This document shows positions 52,963 through 63,274 of a stretch of DNA of 64,000 nt, one piece after another. The DNA comes from an uncultured Acidimicrobiaceae bacterium (GTDB lineage: Bacteria > Actinomycetota > Acidimicrobiia > Acidimicrobiales > RAAP-2), in assembly GCA_963755665.1 (NCBI GenBank), contig CAVWKU010000019.1, positions 5,202 to 69,201 on the forward strand, read 5' to 3'. The notes beneath the pieces were generated by a model. It made no database searches, had not been told where the DNA came from, and worked only from the letters and a program-made list of their open reading frames with translations. The position numbers were made by a program, and so were the translations under genes. The stretch's first letter is position 1, and each line of letters opens with the position of its first letter.

Positions 52963-53122
52963 GAATCTCCTACTCTCCATCCATCAGTAGTGACGTATCC
53001 GGCGTGGGACCATTGGCCCATCAACGTAGAACAGGTGGATCCCCCGCGCCGTCGAGTCTGATTCTCACCTGTTTCCCAGCTATATCGGACATGTGAAGTG
53101 TTGATGAAATCCCCGGCGATAC

Positions 53123-53743
53123 CTAACGCACCAGGTGGGGCCGTACCAGCCCCGCCATCACGGCCAGCATCACGGTGCGGAACCGCTGGCGCTCGATGGC
53201 CGGATCGGGCGAGCGGGCCATGCCCAGGACGCCCGCGGTCACGGCCCCGAAAAGGACGTGGGCCAGCATGTCGAGGTCCTCGACCACGAGGGCCCCGGCC
53301 GCCGCCGCCCGGTCCAGAAGGCGGCGGATCACCTCTATCTCGTAGCGTTCCCCGCATGCCCACCAGTCCTCGAAGCCCAGCGCCGACGGGCCCTCGACCC
53401 AACACAACCGCCGGTAGATCGGATCCGAGATCGTCTCCAGGAAGGCGTCGACGGCCGCCACTATCCCGCCCCACGCATCGGATGCGGTCTCGCCCGCCAG
53501 CGTGACCGAGCCCACACTGTGCTCCTGTTGACGTTCCAGAACCGCCAGGAACAACTCGCGCTTGGAGGTGAAATGGTGGTAGATCGCCCCCTTGGTGACC
53601 CGGGCCCGATGGGCCACGTGGTCGAGAGACGTGGCGACGAAGCCATTCTCGAAGAAGCAGGCCGACGCGCTGTCCAGCAAGGCCTGGTAGGTGGCCTCGG
53701 CGTACTCCTCCCGGCGGGAGCGAACCGTCTCCCCAGTGTGCAT
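53123..53743 (-). CDS. TetR-family transcriptional regulator
   Basis: HTH GFVATSLDHVAHRARVTKGAIYHHFTSKRELF within ORF 53123..54016, starting from the internal ATG at 53743. It is divergent from the MmpL gene. Confidence 0.8.
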   Translation of the reverse strand: MHTGETVRSRREEYAEATYQALLDSASACFFENGFVATSLDHVAHRARVTKGAIYHHFTSKRELFLAVLERQQEHSVGSVTLAGETASDAWGGIVAAVDAFLETISDPIYRRLCWVEGPSALGFEDWWACGERYEIEVIRRLLDRAAAAGALVVEDLDMLAHVLFGAVTAGVLGMARSPDPAIERQRFRTVMLAVMAGLVRPHLVR

Positions 53744-53819
53744 AAGTCCAGGCCACCCGCTATCGGCCCCGCGACCGATTGGCTTGACTTCTTCGGACAC
53801 CCTCAGGATACTACATACC

Positions 53820-56116
53820 GTGAGTAGGTTCCCGCGGCATGCGAAGCCGACTCCGCCCCCGACCGAGCGTGTGCTCCGCCACGTGGCCCGGGCCACGATC
53901 CGGCATCGGAAGGCCATCGTGGTGGCCACCGGACTGTTCGTCGTGGTGGCTGGTCTGCTGGGGGAAACGTCACGTCGAAGCTCTCCCGGGGTGGGTTCGA
54001 CGTCTCGTCGGAACAATCAGTCCGTGCGGCAAGTGTCCTCGCCTCGGAATTCCACAACGGGGCGGACAACATCCTGATTCTGGTGCACCCGACGTCGGGC
54101 ACCATCGACAGCGCGTCGGTGGCATCCGCCGGCGTCGCTCTGACCAGACAACTGGCGGCGCAGCCCCATATGGCCAACGTCATGTCCTATTGGAGTGCGG
54201 CGTCCCGTGGCTTTTTGGGCACCCCTGACCACCACGACGCGCTGATTGTCGGACGCATCACCGGGGACCAGGACCAGATCATCAACCGGGAACCGACCAT
54301 CGCCGCCGCGTTGAAGGCGCAGAACCACTCCATCACCTTCGCCGTCGGAGGGTTCGGCGCCGCGTTCCACGAAGTCGACTCGGTGGTGGAGCGCGATCTG
54401 CTCCATGCCGAGGCGTTCGCGGTACCGCTGACCCTCCTGCTCCTGCTCTTCGTGTTCGGTTCACTCGTCGCCGCCGCCATGCCCGTCACGATCGGCGCCG
54501 TGGCCGTCGTCGGCACGCTGCTGGTGCTCCGGATCCTCAACGGGATCACGCCGGTCTCCATCTATGCGGTGAACCTGGCCACCGTCCTGGGGTTGGGCCT
54601 CGCCATCGACTACAGCCTGTTCATCGTCAGCAGGTTCCGCGAAGAGCTGTTGGCCGGACACGGCACCTCCGCCGCGCTGGAGGAGACCCTGGCGCACGCC
54701 GGGCGCACCGTGGCCGGGAGTGCCCTGACCATGGCGGCGGCGGCCGGCGCCCTGTTCGTCTTCCCGCTGGTTTTCCTCCGATCCTTCGCCTACTCGGGCA
54801 TCGCAGTCGTGCTCCTCGCCGGTGCGGCGGCCTTGATCGTGCTCCCCGCCGTGCTCGCGCTGCTCGGTCCCCGGATCAACGCTCTCACCGTGTGGCGCCG
54901 TTCCGTCCGCCCGCCGCTGAGCGGGTTCTGGTCGAAGTCGGCGCACGCCATCATGCGGCGCCCGCTCGTCGTGATCATTGCGGTGGCGGTCGTGCTGGCC
55001 GTCATGGCCGCGCCCTTCGTGCATCTCCGACTGGGCTACCTCGACGATCGGGTGCTCGCCCCTTCGGACCACGTCCGACAGGTCGATGACACGTTGCGCG
55101 CCGATTTCGGGCAAGGGGCGACCGATGCGCTCCAGATCGTGGTGCCCGATGCCGGCGCGACCACGGCCGCCCAGCAGGCGGCCTACGCCGCCCACCTGTC
55201 GCTCCTTCCCGATGTGGCGAGCGTCGATTCCTCCAGCGGTATCTACGTGAAGGGCACCCACCACGCCGCACCGCCCGGCTACATGGCCCAGTTCCACAAG
55301 GGCGACGGGGTCTGGTATTCGGTCATCCCCATGGGTGACGGCCTGTCATCCCAGGGAGAAGCGCTCGTGCACGCCATCCGGGACGGGCCGGCTCCGTTCG
55401 CCATTCTCGTGGGGGGAACCCCCGCCAGCCTGGTGGACTCCACCGCGGTCATCGACCACTACCTGCCGCTGGCGATACTGATCGTGGTGGGCGCCACGTT
55501 CCTGATCCTCCTCTTCCTCTTCCGCTCGCTCTTCATTCCCGCCAAAGCGTTGGTGCTCAGCGTGATCAGCCTGTCGGCCACCTTCGGCGTCATGGTGTGG
55601 ATCTTTCAAGAAGGGCACCTGTCGGGGCTGTTCGACTTCACGCCGACGGGGACGCTCATCGACACCATGCCCATCCTGATGTTCTGCGTCGCCTTCGGCC
55701 TCTCGATGGACTACGAGGTCTTCCTGGTCTCGCGCATGAAGGAGCTCCACGACAACGGGGCGGACAACGATGCCGCTATTGCGGGCGGCATGCAGCAGAC
55801 CGGCCGGATCATCACCGCGGCGGCTCTGCTGATGAGCATCATCTTCCTGAGCCTGTTGAGCAGCAGCATCTCGTTCATCAAGCTTTTCGCCGTCGGTCTG
55901 GCGCTCGCGGTGTTGATGGACGCCTTCGTCATCCGGGGGATGTTGGTACCGGCCATCATGAAGCTGGCGGGCGACGCCAACTGGTGGGCCCCTTCGTTCA
56001 TGCGCAAGGTCGCCCCCCGCCCCCGGTCGGCCGACCGGCCGCCCGTGCGCGTGGACGCCGGGCTCCGCCGGGAGGGCTTGGAAGAGCGTCCTGACGCTGA
56101 CGTCGTCCGGAATTGA
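53820..56116 (+). CDS. MMPL-family (RND superfamily) membrane transporter, about 2 frame changes near 53965-54080
   Basis: GTG near 53820 (ORF 53691..54077), then ORF 54083..56116 with duplicated MMPL modules (AIDYSLFIVSRFREEL...; GLSMDYEVFLVSRMKELH). Confidence 0.8.
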
Positions 56117-56236
56117 CTGCGCAATTGAAGAGACTCCGGAATTGACAGGGGCCGGATCGGTTGCGCCGATCCGGCCCGCCTGTCATCTCATTCGGGAAAG
56201 GGGGGTTTCCCTAATGAAGCTTTCAGGTCAGTTCGC

Positions 56237-56429
56237 TCAGGGAGGGCCGAGAAGCCCCTTCAGGCCGGACCCGAAGGCACCGACCAACAGGGCCACGACC
56301 AACGCCCCCAACGCAACGAGGAAGGCGTACTGCACCGTCGATGCCCCAACTTCAGAGTGTGCCCGCCGAACGCACCCTGTCGCACGCGCCCTGTGCCAAG
56401 AAGAATCCGCGCAGGACCCGTTCCGCCAC
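56237..56429 (-). CDS. flp: Flp/Fap-family type IVb pilin precursor (not in the ORF track; one frame change near 56360)
   Basis: AAGGAGGAGG + GTG at 56429. The leader VAERVLRGFFLAQ... is followed by G/ASTVQYAFLVALGALVVALLVGAFGSGLKGLLGPP and a stop at 56237. This matches the Flp motif G-(A/S)T(A/V)-(E/Q)Y followed by a hydrophobic helix. Confidence 0.55.
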
Positions 56430-56758
56430 CCCTCCTCCTTTCGCCCTTACCGACCTTGAGTTCGTTCTCTGACTACCTCGTCTCCCGAGGGAAGTGACTA
56501 CCGGTTCCCGCTGGAGCCCGGTGCCGCATCAGTCGGATCCGATGAGTCCGACATCCCGCACCCCGCCTCACTGCGACAACCGCTGCGCACACCCCCCGCA
56601 CTCGATGACAACGAGCTTCGACCCGACTTTACCCGCCTCCCCCACGGAAAAAACTCGCGACACGAGATGCAACCTTCCCGCTACCGCATTGCAATGGAAT
56701 TGCAGCTGTCGCTCAACTGACGCGCCATATTCATCGGCGCCGGACCCGGCGGGATTTG

Positions 56759-58275
56759 CTAGTCGACGGTGACGATCGAGCCCAGGCTCATGTAGGCCCA
56801 TGCGGCCGCCGCGCCGGCGAGTGGGAGCTCGACACACCCGAGGCTCTGTGGATCGCCGTAGGACGTGCGGGGCATGTAGTGCAAGGCATCCCCGCCGTTG
56901 AAATACGCCACGTATTGCACCGGATCGGCGTAGGTCGAACCGTTCGGGTTCGTGCCCCGCATGACCTGATTGCGCAACCGCTCGTAGACCGGGTACGAAC
57001 CGAGGGCGGTCGGCGTCCCCGCGCCGCCCGTGTTGGCAGGGGAGGTCACGACGACGACCCCGTTGTGCCACACGGTGAGGGACTCGGGGGAGGATTCGCT
57101 CGCCACCGCATACGAGTAGCCGTTCGGATTCGCCGCAGGGCCGGTGGGATCGTCGGCGGCCGCCTGGAGCGCGGCGATCTCACTGCTGGAGATGGCACCG
57201 TTCGTCGTGAGCCCGACCACAGACTTCGAAAGCCATGATCGCGCCCTTGGCGATGGCGCCGTCCTGCCCCGGTGCCCAGAGCGCCTGCAAAGGCGCCGGA
57301 GGCGCCCACAGCCACTGGAACCCCGTCGGCGACCAGCTCAGTGGCAGGTACCCGAGACCCGCCAGCACCTCTTCTTGACCGAGCACCGTGGTGAGCGGAT
57401 CGGTCGCTCCGTAGGCGATCCAATAGCCACCCGGGCGGGCGGCCATGCCCACGACGGGCGCCGTCAACGGGGCACCCGTCCCGGATCCGTAGAACTGCGC
57501 GTCGCCGAAGTCGAAGATGCCCCCGTCGGAGGCCACCATGCGGTAGCCACCGCTATCGGCTGTCGCCGTGATGCCGACGACCGGCTTGTTCAACACGATG
57601 TTGCCGGTGGAGCCGTAGAACTGGGCGTCGCCGAAGGTGAACACACCCCCGTCGGCCGCGACCAGCCAGTAGCCGTGGCCATCGCTGGTCGGGGCCATGC
57701 CGACGACGGGCTTGTTGAGGACCATGGCGCCGGTGGAGCCGTAGAACTGGGCGTCGCCGAAACTGAAGATGCCCCCGTCGGAGGCCACCAGCCAGTAGCC
57801 GTGGCCATCGCTGGTCGGGGCCATGCCGACGACGGGCTTGTTGAGGACCATGGCGCCGGTGGAGCCGTAGAACTGGGCGTCACCGAAACTGAAGATGCCC
57901 CCGTCGGAGGCCACCAGCCAGTAGCCGTCGCCGGACGGCGTGCCGGCGATACCGACGATCGGCGCCCGCAGGGCAACGGTGACGGAGCCGAGGTTGGCGT
58001 GCATCTCCCTCGGCACTCACCTGGCCACTGGCCGTGGTGGCCCAGTAGCCGTTTCCGTCGGGCGTCGACGCAATTCCCGTCAAGGGGCCGGTCAATGTCT
58101 GGTCGGGCACCGCCGCCGCTGCAGAGCCGAGCCCGTGGACGAAGTTCTGTGTGGCGGCCGGCGCCGCGGCGCCTGCGGGTGCGAGATTGCCGGCCAGGAC
58201 GATCATTCCGGACACCAGCAGGCCCGCCATCACTGTGGCGGCACAGCGAGGGAAGACGGATCGGAGGTCTGACAT
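56759..58275 (-). CDS. Secreted protein: signal peptide + about 6 beta-propeller-like repeats (GYWLVASDGGIFSFGDAQFYGS) + C-terminal YkuD L,D-transpeptidase domain; 2 frame changes
   Basis: GGGAG + ATG at 58275, then MSDLRSVFPRCAATVMAGLLVSGMIVLAGNLAPAGAAAP (ORF 57880..58353). The repeats are in ORF 57180..58016. The catalytic region HYMPRTSYGDPQSLGCVELP is in ORF 56759..57220. Confidence 0.7.
57661..57912. repeat. Near-identical 126-bp tandem duplication inside the propeller-repeat gene (more diverged copies flank it)
   Basis: 57661-57786 and 57787-57912 differ at about one position by eye. Each encodes one 42-aa repeat unit. Confidence 0.8.
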
Positions 58276-58385
58276 GGTGCTCCCGTCGTACGAGTGAGGC
58301 CGGCGGATCGAACAGTTCACCGGGAACGATACCTTCCGCTCCCCTCGACGCACACGCGTGCACGTCGGTGGCTGTGGCCTGCGGT

Positions 58386-59760
58386 TCAGGCGGCCACGAC
58401 CCTGACGTTCCGGGCTTCTTCGCCCTTGCGCCCGGGGGCGACGGTGAACTCAACCGTGAGCCCCTCGGCCAGGCCCTGGCGCTCGTCCCCTTCGATCTGG
58501 GAATGGTGGACGAAGAGATCCTCGCCGCCCTCACGAGCCAGGAACCCGTAGCCGCGGGCGCCGTTGAAGAACTTCACCGTGCCCGTCATGGTGGACACGG
58601 CGTTCTTCTCGCGTCGCGGAGAGGCTTTCGGCGCCACCGGCGAGGAGAAGGGGGCGAGGAGACCGAGCTCCATGCCCAGGGCCCGCTGGACGCCCTGAAT
58701 CTCCTTGCGTTGCTCGTCGGTCACCAGCGACACGACGGTGCCGGTGCGCCCGGCGCGCCCGGTACGCCCCGAGCGGTGCACGTAGTCGGTGTGATCCGCC
58801 GGTGGATCGAAGTGCACGACGCACGGGAGGTCGTCGACATGGATGCCCCGCGCCACGACGTCGGTGGCGACGAGCGCGTCGGCCTTCCCCTTGGCAAAGG
58901 AATCGAGCGCACGCTCACGCTGTCCTTGCGTCCGATCGCCGTGCATCGGTACCGCACGCACACCTTCGGCCTGCAACTGCCGCACGACGCGGTCGGCGCC
59001 CCTTTTGGTCCGGCAGAAGACGAAGGCCTGTCCGTGCTGGGAGACGAGCTTGGCCGTGATCGCCACGCGCTCGGCCCGGTCCACTTTCCAGAAGTGATGG
59101 GTGACGTCGCTCTTCTCTTCCTCGGCCGTCTCGATGTTGACCCGGACCGGGTCGTGCTGATAGTTGCGGATGATGGCTTCGACCTCACGGCCGATCGTGG
59201 CCGAGAAGAGCATGACCTGACGTTGGGCCGACGTCTGGTCGAGGAGTCGACGGACGGCAGGAAGGAAGCCCATGTCGGACATGCGGTCCGCCTCGTCGAG
59301 GACGACCGTCGTCACGTCATCGAGCATGACGTCGCCCCGCTCGATGAGGTCCTCGAGGCGTCCGGGACAGGCGACGACCACGTTGACGCCCTTATGCAGC
59401 GCCCGGCACTGGTCGCGATAGCCGGTGCCGCCGAAAATGGAGACCACCCGCTGGCTCTCGCGTCCGAGGAGCGAACCGAGTACGGCGTGCACCTGCGACG
59501 CCAACTCACGGGTCGGCACGAGAATAAGGGCCCGGGGACGGCGTGGCCGCGATTGGGTCATGTTGGCCGCGATCGGCATGCCGAATGCGAGCGTCTTGCC
59601 CGAACCCGTGGGGGCCTTCCCACAGATGTCCCGGCCCGCGAGGGCGGCAGGAATCGTGGCGGTTTGAATCGGAAGCGGGCTGGTGATGCCCAACTTCTGC
59701 AAGCGCGCGTTCATATCCGCGGAAACACCAAGGTCAGTAAAGGAAGTGATGACGAAACTC
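58386..59760 (-). CDS. DEAD-box RNA helicase with a C-terminal cold-shock domain; exact start unresolved
   Basis: Within ORF 58386..60251: Q-motif region FTDLGV...PLPIQ, AxxGSGKT (APTGSGKT), DEAD (VLDEADRM), SAT, HRSGRTGRAG, then the CSD TGTVKFFNGARGYGFLAREGGEDLFVHHSQI. Confidence 0.85.
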
Positions 59761-59948
59761 CAGTCGAGTGATGAACGGCCTACTCGAAGGAAGTCTCGAA
59801 CGGGCCCCGCTGAACGATGGTTCAACGGCGTCGCCCATGTTAGCAGAGCGCCGGGGCTGGCAGAACGCGGGGCTGCCCGAACGACGCGGGGCCGGCCTGT
59901 CACACCCGGATGCGACCATCGGCGGGGTAACGATGAGGAGGACCCACC

Positions 59949-60337
59949 ATGGCGGTGTGCGAATATTGCGAACGGCGAAATGAAGGACGGGATCAGCTGC
60001 CGAGCTGACACGTTGATGCTCATAGGCGTCGTGTTCCACCCCATTCCGTGGGGTGCCGAAAAGGCGACCAAGGGCCGGCGCATCGACTTTTGCTGCCCGG
60101 ACTGCGGCACGCCGCCCGGCGGTTGTCCACCATCCGGGTTGTTGCGTCGAGCGATGCCCGAGGTGTCTGGGCCAGGCCTTGGGATGCGACTGCTTCGAGT
60201 TCGAGGACGAGCTCGACGACGAACCCGAGGACGAGCTCGTCGACGAACCACGATCTCCGTTGACGCGTGTCATTCGATCGTCGCGGTACCAGCCACTGTG
60301 TCGCGCCCACCGCTTCGGGCGCCATCGCCTGCGCTGA
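59949..60337 (+). CDS. Possible Cys-rich small protein with an acidic tail; needs 2 frame changes
   Basis: GAGGAGG + 7 nt + ATG at 59949. MAVCEYCERRNEG.., ..RIDFCCPDCGTPPGG.., ..CCVERCPRCLGQALGCDCFEFEDELDDEPEDELVDEP (frames of ORFs 59683..60630 and 60053..60337). No family recognised. Confidence 0.25.
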
Positions 60338-60390
60338 TCGGCGTGGATCTCCGGGGGTGGCAGGCGCGAGGCGTGGTTCCGAAGCTCGGT

Positions 60391-62249
60391 TCAGATGCCC
60401 TCACCGGGTGCGCACAGCGTGAGCGCCCGTTGGGCCAGGCTGGCGCCGTCGAGACCGAGCCCCGCAGAGGATGTCGTCCGCTTTTCCCTGCGGGAAGTAG
60501 GCCAGGGGCAGTCCGCACGACACGATGGCCGGGAGTGGGCCCGCGTTCCGCCGTCGCCCGCAGGGCGGTGGCGATCGATGCGCCCACGCCGCCGGCCACC
60601 ACACCGTCTTCGACCGTGATGACCACGTGATGTCGGAGCGCGTCGCACAACATGAGCGGATCCAAGGGAGCGGCGGCCCGCACATCCCACACCGTGGCGT
60701 CGACCCCGCGCCGTGAGAGCTCCTGCGCCGCCTGCTCGCAGACTTCCACCATCTTCCCCAGCCCCAAAAAGCACACGTTCCGGCCGACGCGCACGTGGCG
60801 GGCCGAGAGCCCGATCCCGGTGGCCGCGCAACGCCGGGCTTCGGTCTTGGGCCAACGCAACGCGACCGGCCCGTTCGTGATCGCTATCGCCTGGGTCAGC
60901 ATCACCGGGATCTCCTCATAGGAGGAAGGTGCCAACACCGTCATACCGGGCACTTTGGTCAACAGGGCCAGGTCCATCACGCCGTTGTGACTCGGACCGT
61001 CGTCCCCGGTGATCCCGGCCCGGTCGATGCAGAAGATGACGGGCAGACCATGGAGACCGACGTCGTAGTAGAGCTGATCCCATGCCCGGTTGAGAAAGGT
61101 CGAATAGATGGCGACGACCGGGCGGTAGCCGTCCATGGCGAGGCCGGCCGCGGTGGCCACTGCGTGTTGCTCGGCGATGCCCACGTCGATGAACCGCTCG
61201 GGATAGCGGCGGGAGAACTCGATGAGCCCGCATGAACCCGGCATGGCTGCGGTGAGGGCGATCAGCTCGGGATGCGCCGCCGCCTCCCGCACCAGTGCTG
61301 TCCCGAAGGCCTCGGTGAAACTCGCCGTGGCGCCCGTCCGCGCACGGGCCATTCCGGTCAGCCGGGTCGAACGGTCCGATGTCATGGAGCCGTTTCTCAT
61401 CGTCGCTCTCGGCCGGCCGGTACCCACGCCCCTTCTCGGTGTGCACATGGAGGACCACCGGTCCGGCCGTTCGCATCACCCGGCCGAGCGCCTCGTTCAA
61501 TTGCGTGAGGTCGTGCCCGTCCACCGGCCCTTCGTACCCGATCCCCAACGCGCCGAAGAACGCAGCCGGCGCATCGGCGCCTTCGTCAGGGCCGCCCGCG
61601 GTGGTCAGGCTCGAGACGGTCGGGGCATAGGACCGTCCGTTGTCGTTGAGGACGATGATCGACGCGAGTGCCGTGCGCACCGATGTTCGAGAGTGCCTCG
61701 TACGCCAGCCCTCCGGTGAGCGCGCCGTCCCCGACAACGGCCACCACATGATGCGTTGCCTGGGCCAGATCGCGGGCCCGGGCGAGCCCGTAGGCGTACG
61801 ACAGCGCGGTCGACGCATGGCTGTTCTCCACCAGATCGTGGACGGACTCGCCCCGGTTGGCGTACCCGGAAAGCCCGTCCGCACGGCGCAGGGTGGGAAA
61901 GTCACCCGCTCGTCCGGTGAGGATCTTGTGGACATACGTCTGATGGCCGGTGTCCCACACGATCCGATCCCGCGGCGACTCGAAGCGGCGGTGGAGCGCG
62001 AGCGTCAGCTCCACGACGCCCAGATTCGAACCGAGGTGACCGCCGTTCTCCGAAACGGCCGAGATGAGGAACGACCGGATCTCGTCCGCCAACGCCTCGA
62101 GGGCGGGCACGCCGAGTGCCCGCACGCTCGGCCGGGCTCAGCCCGAGGAGGGTCGCCGGCTCGCTGCCGTCGGCGAGCCTCGACCGGCCATCCGCCCACG
62201 CCAGTACCTCCGTCAGAGAGGGCGGAGGGGGCGGAGGTGCCGATGTCAA
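60391..62249 (-). CDS. dxs: 1-deoxy-D-xylulose-5-phosphate synthase (copy 2, hopanoid/isoprenoid-cluster associated), about 4 frame changes
   Basis: [18 protein letters not shown]...[16 protein letters not shown]...[16 protein letters not shown] (ORF 61586..62125). Middle piece in ORF 60916..61935. [16 protein letters not shown]...[15 protein letters not shown] (ORF 60270..61448). The tail ends at 60391. Confidence 0.85.
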
Positions 62250-62266
62250 GGGCAGCCACAGGGGCT

Positions 62267-63274
62267 CAGTGGGTGGAGACGAGGGCACGCAGGGACTGAC
62301 GGAGCGAGCCCATGGTGGCGATCACCGCACTGGGCTCGTACCCGCAATGGGCCATGCAGTTGGAGCAACGTTCGTCCTTGCCGCGCCCGTACGCATCCCA
62401 ATCGGTGGTGTCGATCAACTCCCTGATAGCTGCTGGCGTACCCGTCGGCCATGAGGTAACAGGGACGCTGCCAACCGAGCACGGAGTAGCTCGGAATCCC
62501 CCACGCGGTGCACTGGAAGTCCGACTTGCCCTCGAGGAAGTCGAGGAACAAGGGCGAATGATTCAGCCGCCACTTCTTCCGGTGCTTCTGCCCGAAGGCG
62601 TCCGCAAAGAGCTTCTGCGTCTGCTCGACACCGAGGAAGTGCTCCTGATCGGGTGCCTTCTCGTAGGCGAAAGCGGGTGAGATCATCATGGCGTCGACGC
62701 CCAGGTCGTCGTTGAGGAAGTTCAGCACGTCACGCACCGTCTTGGGTGAGTCCGTGTTGAAGAAGGTCGAATTCGTCGTGACACGGAACCCCTTCTGCTT
62801 GGCCAGGCGGATGGCCTCGACGGCCTCGTCGAAGACACCCTCACGGTCGACCGCGGCATCGTGCCGTTCGCGCAGGCCGTCGACGTGCACGACCCACGAG
62901 AAGAAGTGGGAGGGGGTGAATTTGTCGATACGCCGCTTGAGGAGCACGGCGTTCGTGCACAGGTAGACGTAGACCTTGCGGCGTATCAGCTCTTCGACCA
63001 TGGCCGCGATGTCGGGGTGCAGCAGTGGCTCGCCACCAGCGATGGAGACCATGGGCGAGCCGCACTCTTCGACCGCGTTCACGACGTCCTCCACCGACAG
63101 GCGCTTGCGCAGGATGTCGGTCGGATGCTGGATCTTCCCGCATCCCGGGCACGAGAGATTGCAGGCGAAAAGCGGCTCGATCTCCGTGATGAACGGAAAG
63201 CGAGGGTCTCGTTGCAGCTTCTTCTTGAGGAAGTAGGTCCCGACTCGGATGTTCTGTCGCAATGGAATGGGCAT
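62267..63274 (-). CDS. hpnH: Adenosyl-hopene transferase HpnH (radical SAM), one frame change near the 3' end
   Basis: ATG at 63274 overlaps the ispH stop. MPIPLRQNIRVGTYFLKKKL...EPLFACNLSCPGCGKI (CxxxCxxC) is in ORF 62246..63487. The inferred tail ...CSNCMAHCGYEPSAV...LVSTH stops at 62267. Confidence 0.85.

Noticed and set aside
57144-59771. 875-aa ORF on the plus strand
   Set aside because: It is antisense to the L,D-transpeptidase repeat gene and the DEAD-CSD helicase, both of which have clear motifs on the minus strand.
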